64,000 nucleotides of DNA from a virus: positions 1 to 64,000 of IMG/VR virus record IMGVR_UViG_3300035171_000016. One strand, given 5' to 3'. The notes under the pieces were generated by a model. It had not been told where the DNA came from and made no database searches. It saw only the letters and a list, made by a program, of their open reading frames with translations. A program made the position numbers and the translations under genes. Of the stretch, positions 59,283-64,000 are shown piece by piece. Positions within the stretch are counted from its first letter, which is position 1. Every line of letters begins with the position of its first letter.

Positions 59283-59465
59283 ATTTATACTATAGTACCA
59301 TTTTACACAAAAGTAAAGTAAAATGTGAAATTTTATTTTAATTTCTTTTTAATTTCTTTATTTATAGCATCTTTTAGTGCCTCTAATATTATTCCATCTA
59401 TTTTGTCAATATATCTTTTTTCTTAGATAATCCGTCTAAATATTTTAATTGTTCAATATTTAATT

Positions 59466-59744
59466 TCATTCTAAATCCTTATTTGATAAGAATATATCAA
59501 TAGCATTAATCGCATTATATAAGTATTTATTGCTTTCTTCTGTAGTAAATCCACCATCGCCATCTGGATGGGCTTCATAAACTATTGTATCGTTAACTTT
59601 AGCAGTAAAATGGCCGTGCCTTAATCTTAAATAAGCTACTTTTTCATCATTTAAATATACATTATATTGTTCTGGACACATAAAACAGGTTTGTTCTAAT
59701 GTATATTTTCCTATTTGTATTAATGGATATTCAGATTCAATCAT
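59466..59744 (-). CDS. hypothetical phage protein
   Basis: TC..CPEQY.V...VAYLRLRHG; start set to MIESEY. Confidence 0.65.
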   Translation of the reverse strand: MIESEYPLIQIGKYTLEQTCFMCPEQYNVYLNDEKVAYLRLRHGHFTAKVNDTIVYEAHPDGDGGFTTEESNKYLYNAINAIDIFLSNKDLE

Positions 59745-59748
59745 AATA

Positions 59749-60441
59749 TTATAATTTTTCAAAAATAGCCATAGAATTGCCACCATTTTCGTCTTTATTA
59801 AGCTTTCTTGTGCCTGAAACCTCTTTAATTAGCTTCCATCCGGCCCTTACCTCATTAATTAGTCCTAATTTATCTAGGGCCCCTCTAACATTAATATATT
59901 CTCCGCAATGACCCTGCCAATCGGTTCCGGTCTCTTCTACGCCAGAATCGTGAAACATCACTATTCCGCCAGATTTAACCTTCTTTTCAATGGCTTTAAA
60001 ATCGTTCATTACGCATTTTGAGCCATGACACGCATCAATTATAACTAAATCTAAGCTATCAGGAGAAATATTATCAACCCACGCTCTAGGGTCTTCTCTT
60101 AAAACTAGGACGGAATTATATTTTTCCGTGGCAAAGGATTCTAGGAATTTTTCATCATTTCCAGAATTATTTATAAGAAGTTCTTCTGGTTTAAATATTT
60201 GATTTATTTTGGCAAAATTAACATCAGCAGAGCCTATTAGGTCTAATCCGATTGTCAGCCAGCTATGTGTTTTAATGTTTTCTGAAATAATATCTCTAAT
60301 AGCTCTGTGTGTTACGGCGGTAGCTACGCCAATTTCTAAAAAGATATATTCTTCCTTATTTCTAACATGATTAGAAATAATATTTTCTAATTCCACCTCA
60401 AGTCCTTCGGTTCTAATTCCCCATGCTCTATTTTTATTCAT
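59749..60441 (-). CDS. class I SAM-dependent methyltransferase
   Basis: FLEIGV, DLVIIDACH, GGIVMFHD. Confidence 0.7.
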   Translation of the reverse strand: MNKNRAWGIRTEGLEVELENIISNHVRNKEEYIFLEIGVATAVTHRAIRDIISENIKTHSWLTIGLDLIGSADVNFAKINQIFKPEELLINNSGNDEKFLESFATEKYNSVLVLREDPRAWVDNISPDSLDLVIIDACHGSKCVMNDFKAIEKKVKSGGIVMFHDSGVEETGTDWQGHCGEYINVRGALDKLGLINEVRAGWKLIKEVSGTRKLNKDENGGNSMAIFEKL

Positions 60442-60958
60442 ATTTTTTTAGCATTTCTTCGGTCTTTATTCTGGTATTTGGAGATAATTGTATTCTTTTT
60501 TTATTTCTATAATACCATTCGCAAACCTCAATTTTTCCGGTTTTTGCTTTTCCTGCGCCTATCCAGTCAGCAACCATTTCTTTAATATATTTATCTGGAA
60601 TATCTAAACATTTTATTTTGCCGGAATCCTCTAACAATACCCAATATTGCCAATGATGTGGGTTCCTTTTTTGGTGAAAATTCCAAGCTAAATCAAATTT
60701 TCCAGACCAATATTCTTTAGTCCAGCTTTCGGGAAATTCAGTTCCATATATACGATTATATAGTTTAATTGTATCACTTTTTAATGATATTTGGCTTCCA
60801 TAAAAATAATTAGCATAAGGAATAAATTCAGACGGAAGAAATTTTGACCAATCATGTATAATTAAATTGCAAATTGGAGCCTTAATACTTAATCCAGCTA
60901 TAAATACAAACCATTTATGTTTTATAAGATAATTAAAATATTTAATATATTTATTCAT
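60434..60958 (-). CDS. DUF5662-like HD-type protein
   Basis: HKWFV...HDWSKF.PSEF...H..RNPHHWQYW...EM.ADW.GAG. Confidence 0.7.
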   Translation of the reverse strand: MNKYIKYFNYLIKHKWFVFIAGLSIKAPICNLIIHDWSKFLPSEFIPYANYFYGSQISLKSDTIKLYNRIYGTEFPESWTKEYWSGKFDLAWNFHQKRNPHHWQYWVLLEDSGKIKCLDIPDKYIKEMVADWIGAGKAKTGKIEVCEWYYRNKKRIQLSPNTRIKTEEMLKKYE

Positions 60959-60961
60959 TAT

Positions 60962-61522
60962 TTATTGTATTTGGTTCAAAACTATTGTACCGCCATTAAT
61001 GTTTTTATGAAAAAGAGCCATTTCATGTTGATTATCAACCCACTTAAACAAAAGATGGTTTTTATATATTTCTTTTACTTTTTGGCCTTTAGTATGAAAA
61101 TCATCACAAAGAACTACCTGTTTAGTTAAATCTATTTTTCCTAATTCATCAACCATTTCATCTAAGGAGTCTCCGCCATCCAGATAAATCAAATCATAGT
61201 CTTTATTTATAAAATTAATACCTTCTCCAAGATTAAAATTAATATCTATATGTTTATCTTGCTTATAATTGTTTAAAATAGAAATATTATCTAAAGCCGC
61301 CTTAGAAATATCACAAATATCTAAGCTTCCATAGTTTTTATTAATATATCTAAGAAAATGGAAAGAACTCCACCCGTCAGAAGCTCTTGCTGGAAGACTT
61401 AAATCTCTAATAGTTCCTATTTCTAAAATTTTTATAGGCTTTTCGTTAAAAAGCGATAAAGTATAATCAAAAACTAAGTCTCTATTTCCGGCGCAACTTC
61501 CAAAGTATTGATAATAATCCAT
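60962..61522 (-). CDS. class I SAM-dependent methyltransferase
   Basis: ILEIGT.R, DLIYLDG, DD...KG. Confidence 0.68.
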   Translation of the reverse strand: MDYYQYFGSCAGNRDLVFDYTLSLFNEKPIKILEIGTIRDLSLPARASDGWSSFHFLRYINKNYGSLDICDISKAALDNISILNNYKQDKHIDINFNLGEGINFINKDYDLIYLDGGDSLDEMVDELGKIDLTKQVVLCDDFHTKGQKVKEIYKNHLLFKWVDNQHEMALFHKNINGGTIVLNQIQ

Positions 61523-61525
61523 AAA

Positions 61526-62167
61526 TTAATTTACCTGAATAGGAACAAGTTCTAAATATCCGGTGTCCGTTTTGATTTTATTAATAGTATGAGTTTTATT
61601 CCATTTTTCTATAAAAGAAGTATTATAGTTGATAATATGGCCATAACCTTCTTTTTCTAGGTCGCCGCCATGAAAATCCATTTTTTCGTATATTCTCCAG
61701 TCGTCAATAATTATAACGTCTTGATAAAAATTAGGATTTCTATAAGCTCTAATAGTGTCTAATTCTTTTTCTAAAGGAAGTCTAATATCTAAATTTTTTT
61801 CATCATCAAAGCGAGCTTTTCCTAAATCGGCCATAGGAAAATGAGAATCTAGCCAGAATAAGATAGATTTTTCTTTACAAAATCTCTTATTTGCAAAAAT
61901 AGAATTCAAATAATCGTTACTGTTTCCGGCAAAAATACTTACTCTATAATCGTAAGAAAATTCATTTTTTAAATTCTCGGCCTGCTCTAAGTCTATTTCG
62001 CAAGAACAAATATCTAGTAATTCTTTAAATTTTTGAGCCGTTTTAATTCCGGTTCCATAGCCGGAACCAGTTTCTACTAATGTTTTTATATTATATTTTG
62101 AAATATAATCCTGAATAGGAAAATAAGATAAAAGACCCATATTTATTATAAAGTTGAGACAATCCAA
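61526..62167 (-). CDS. methyltransferase-like protein
   Basis: VETGSGYG, SCEID, FWLDSH, IIIDD. Confidence 0.6.
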   Translation of the reverse strand: MDCLNFIINMGLLSYFPIQDYISKYNIKTLVETGSGYGTGIKTAQKFKELLDICSCEIDLEQAENLKNEFSYDYRVSIFAGNSNDYLNSIFANKRFCKEKSILFWLDSHFPMADLGKARFDDEKNLDIRLPLEKELDTIRAYRNPNFYQDVIIIDDWRIYEKMDFHGGDLEKEGYGHIINYNTSFIEKWNKTHTINKIKTDTGYLELVPIQVN

Positions 62168-62239
62168 GCAAGCCCAATAATAGAACCGCCAAATAAAGCA
62201 CCAATAATTAAACCAAAATTAAAATTCATATAACATATA

Positions 62240-63082
62240 TTAAACTAATTTCATAATTTTGTCAAGAATTAACTCATTTGGAATATCGTTTACATTATAG
62301 CTATCTAAATAAATAGCATTCTCATTTATTGGTTGAATAGAAGATATATGGTTAATTCCATTTTTTGTATAATAATTATTAGAATATAAACCAATTGTTT
62401 TGTGTTTATAAGCAGAAGAGTACCATGCCGCCCAAGTATCGGTAGTTACTAATAATTCAGAAGCTAAAATATTTTTAAGCGAATCAACATAAGATGTTTC
62501 GACTTTCCAAGTGTCGTTTAGTTTGGGTTCGTCCTTGCCGCCAATTTGTAAAACGGCAAAGCCTAATTTACTTATATCTGTAGCTAAAGATTGAGCCTTT
62601 TCGATAGTAAGTTTTTTATCATTATTTTTATTATACCATCCCGCGAATGGAGCAAAGGCTATATTCCTACGTTTAAATAAAAACGGAGATAAGTCAAACC
62701 ATTTTTCAAGATAGCAAGAATAATCATTATTTAATAATTTGGTATCCAATAATCCATTCATTAGACAGCATTCTTTTGCCTGATGATTAAACATCCACCA
62801 ATCATTACTAGTATGTTGTGGCATAGTAGGATATATAGTATATTTATCTTGGTTGGCTATAATCCAATCTATATCTTTTTTTGAAAAATCATCATATCCG
62901 TCCCAAATTTTAAATCCGTCTATATGAGGATGATTATAAAATAAAGGAATTAAGTCGGCATATTTTTTATTAACCGACATAATAAGGGTCTCGTCTGGAT
63001 GCTGTAGTTTAAATAATCTAGCGGCTACAGTATTTATACATAAATCTCCGACTTGACCCTGATTGAATTTAATGGTCTTCAT
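62240..63082 (-). CDS. glycosyltransferase family 9-like
   Basis: GD near N-terminus, PHID, QIGG, VTTDT. Confidence 0.65.
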   Translation of the reverse strand: MKTIKFNQGQVGDLCINTVAARLFKLQHPDETLIMSVNKKYADLIPLFYNHPHIDGFKIWDGYDDFSKKDIDWIIANQDKYTIYPTMPQHTSNDWWMFNHQAKECCLMNGLLDTKLLNNDYSCYLEKWFDLSPFLFKRRNIAFAPFAGWYNKNNDKKLTIEKAQSLATDISKLGFAVLQIGGKDEPKLNDTWKVETSYVDSLKNILASELLVTTDTWAAWYSSAYKHKTIGLYSNNYYTKNGINHISSIQPINENAIYLDSYNVNDIPNELILDKIMKLV

Positions 63083-63993
63083 TATTTTGAAAAGCCTATA
63101 ACTCTTTCTTCTTTAGATTCTTCGATATGACCAATTTTGTCTTCAATATTATAAATTTCACTAACACTCATAGGTTTTTCAACATTATGTTTTTTACCTA
63201 GTTTTTCTACTAAAATCTTAGAATCTTCGATATTTAGCGGTTTAAATTCATGTTCGTAAGCAAGTCTACCATGTCTAGTAGCCGCCGAATCAATTTTATC
63301 AATTTTAGTATTAAAGGTCGCAATTACCTTACAATCTATAATATCCTGTAAAATACCATCTGATAGATTTAATAGCGTTGATACAGAGCTAGAATGATAA
63401 GAGTCGTTTTCTCTTGATACTAGAATTTTTTCGGCATCTTCTAAAATAATAACACTAGATTTTTGTCTCAAAAGAATAGGAATTAAATCGGGTGAGGACA
63501 ATGCCTCGGCAAAATGAGTAGGAATAAAAATAAATCTTTTCTTATTTCCAAAATATTTTGACAAATGTTTAATATAATAGCTTTTACCAGTACCAATAGA
63601 ACCATGTAAAAGAAATAGATTTCCTTTATCGTTCTCTAATTTAGTTTTAATAATCTTATCAGTTTCTAAAAATGCCTTTCCATAATTTAAACCTATATCC
63701 AAATTATCCCAAGGCCCCATCTTTAGGGGGAGCTGTTTAACCTTAATACCATAAGCATCTTTATATAAAAGGCCGAAATAGGTATTTTTATCGTAATTAT
63801 CAACTGTTAAATATTTTTTTAATAAATTTTCTTGTAAAATTGCTATTCTTTTACTATTGTGACAAAGAAGAGATAGAGTCGTTCCATCGTCTGTTGAATA
63901 TACTCTATATAATAGAGGCTCATCTTTAATAGATAAATCTTTATAATAATAAAGCTCACATTGATTACCAGAGCTTCTAAATAAAGTACCCAT
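63082..63993 (-). CDS. AAA+ ATPase (frame open to the window edge, may be N-terminally truncated)
   Basis: GSIGTGKS, ILEDAE, LLNLSDG, ATFN...ID.A..R.GR. Confidence 0.85.
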   Translation of the reverse strand: MGTLFRSSGNQCELYYYKDLSIKDEPLLYRVYSTDDGTTLSLLCHNSKRIAILQENLLKKYLTVDNYDKNTYFGLLYKDAYGIKVKQLPLKMGPWDNLDIGLNYGKAFLETDKIIKTKLENDKGNLFLLHGSIGTGKSYYIKHLSKYFGNKKRFIFIPTHFAEALSSPDLIPILLRQKSSVIILEDAEKILVSRENDSYHSSSVSTLLNLSDGILQDIIDCKVIATFNTKIDKIDSAATRHGRLAYEHEFKPLNIEDSKILVEKLGKKHNVEKPMSVSEIYNIEDKIGHIEESKEERVIGFSK

Positions 63994-64000
63994 ATCATCA

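Overview
This is an AT-rich fragment of a large dsDNA bacteriophage genome, almost entirely encoded on the minus strand, with no capsid, tail or replicase genes recognisable in this window. 1-28 kb: an early-type region of small ORFs with dozens of TTGAC(A/T)-type promoters, many apparently leaderless. It holds paralogous small-protein families (ten ending in [RK]FxxxxxYPxGY-like tails; four YopX-like), an HD hydrolase, a deaminase, a peptide deformylase and an expanded phiEco32-like amidoligase/ATP-grasp/glutamine amidotransferase cluster. 29-48 kb: a NARP1-like NAD+ reconstitution locus, phosphatases, RuvB-like, PhoH, a beta-helix protein and an HNH nuclease. 48.4-59.3 kb: an RNase P RNA gene and a 33-tRNA array covering all 20 amino acids, with many non-canonical tRNAs, a Pth2-like hydrolase and several unexplained structured RNAs. 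The top finding lies at the head of the array. An unannotated 35-codon leader ORF (59175-59282) encodes all 20 amino acids with almost no codon repeated, and is followed directly by an antiterminator and an intrinsic terminator. This looks like a 'pan-codon' transcription attenuator that could switch on a complete replacement tRNA set when any host tRNA fails; that function is inferred, not shown. 59.7-64 kb: a methyltransferase/glycosyltransferase cluster and an AAA ATPase. All calls come from reading motifs by eye with no database searches. The host is unknown and many short hypothetical ORFs are not listed.
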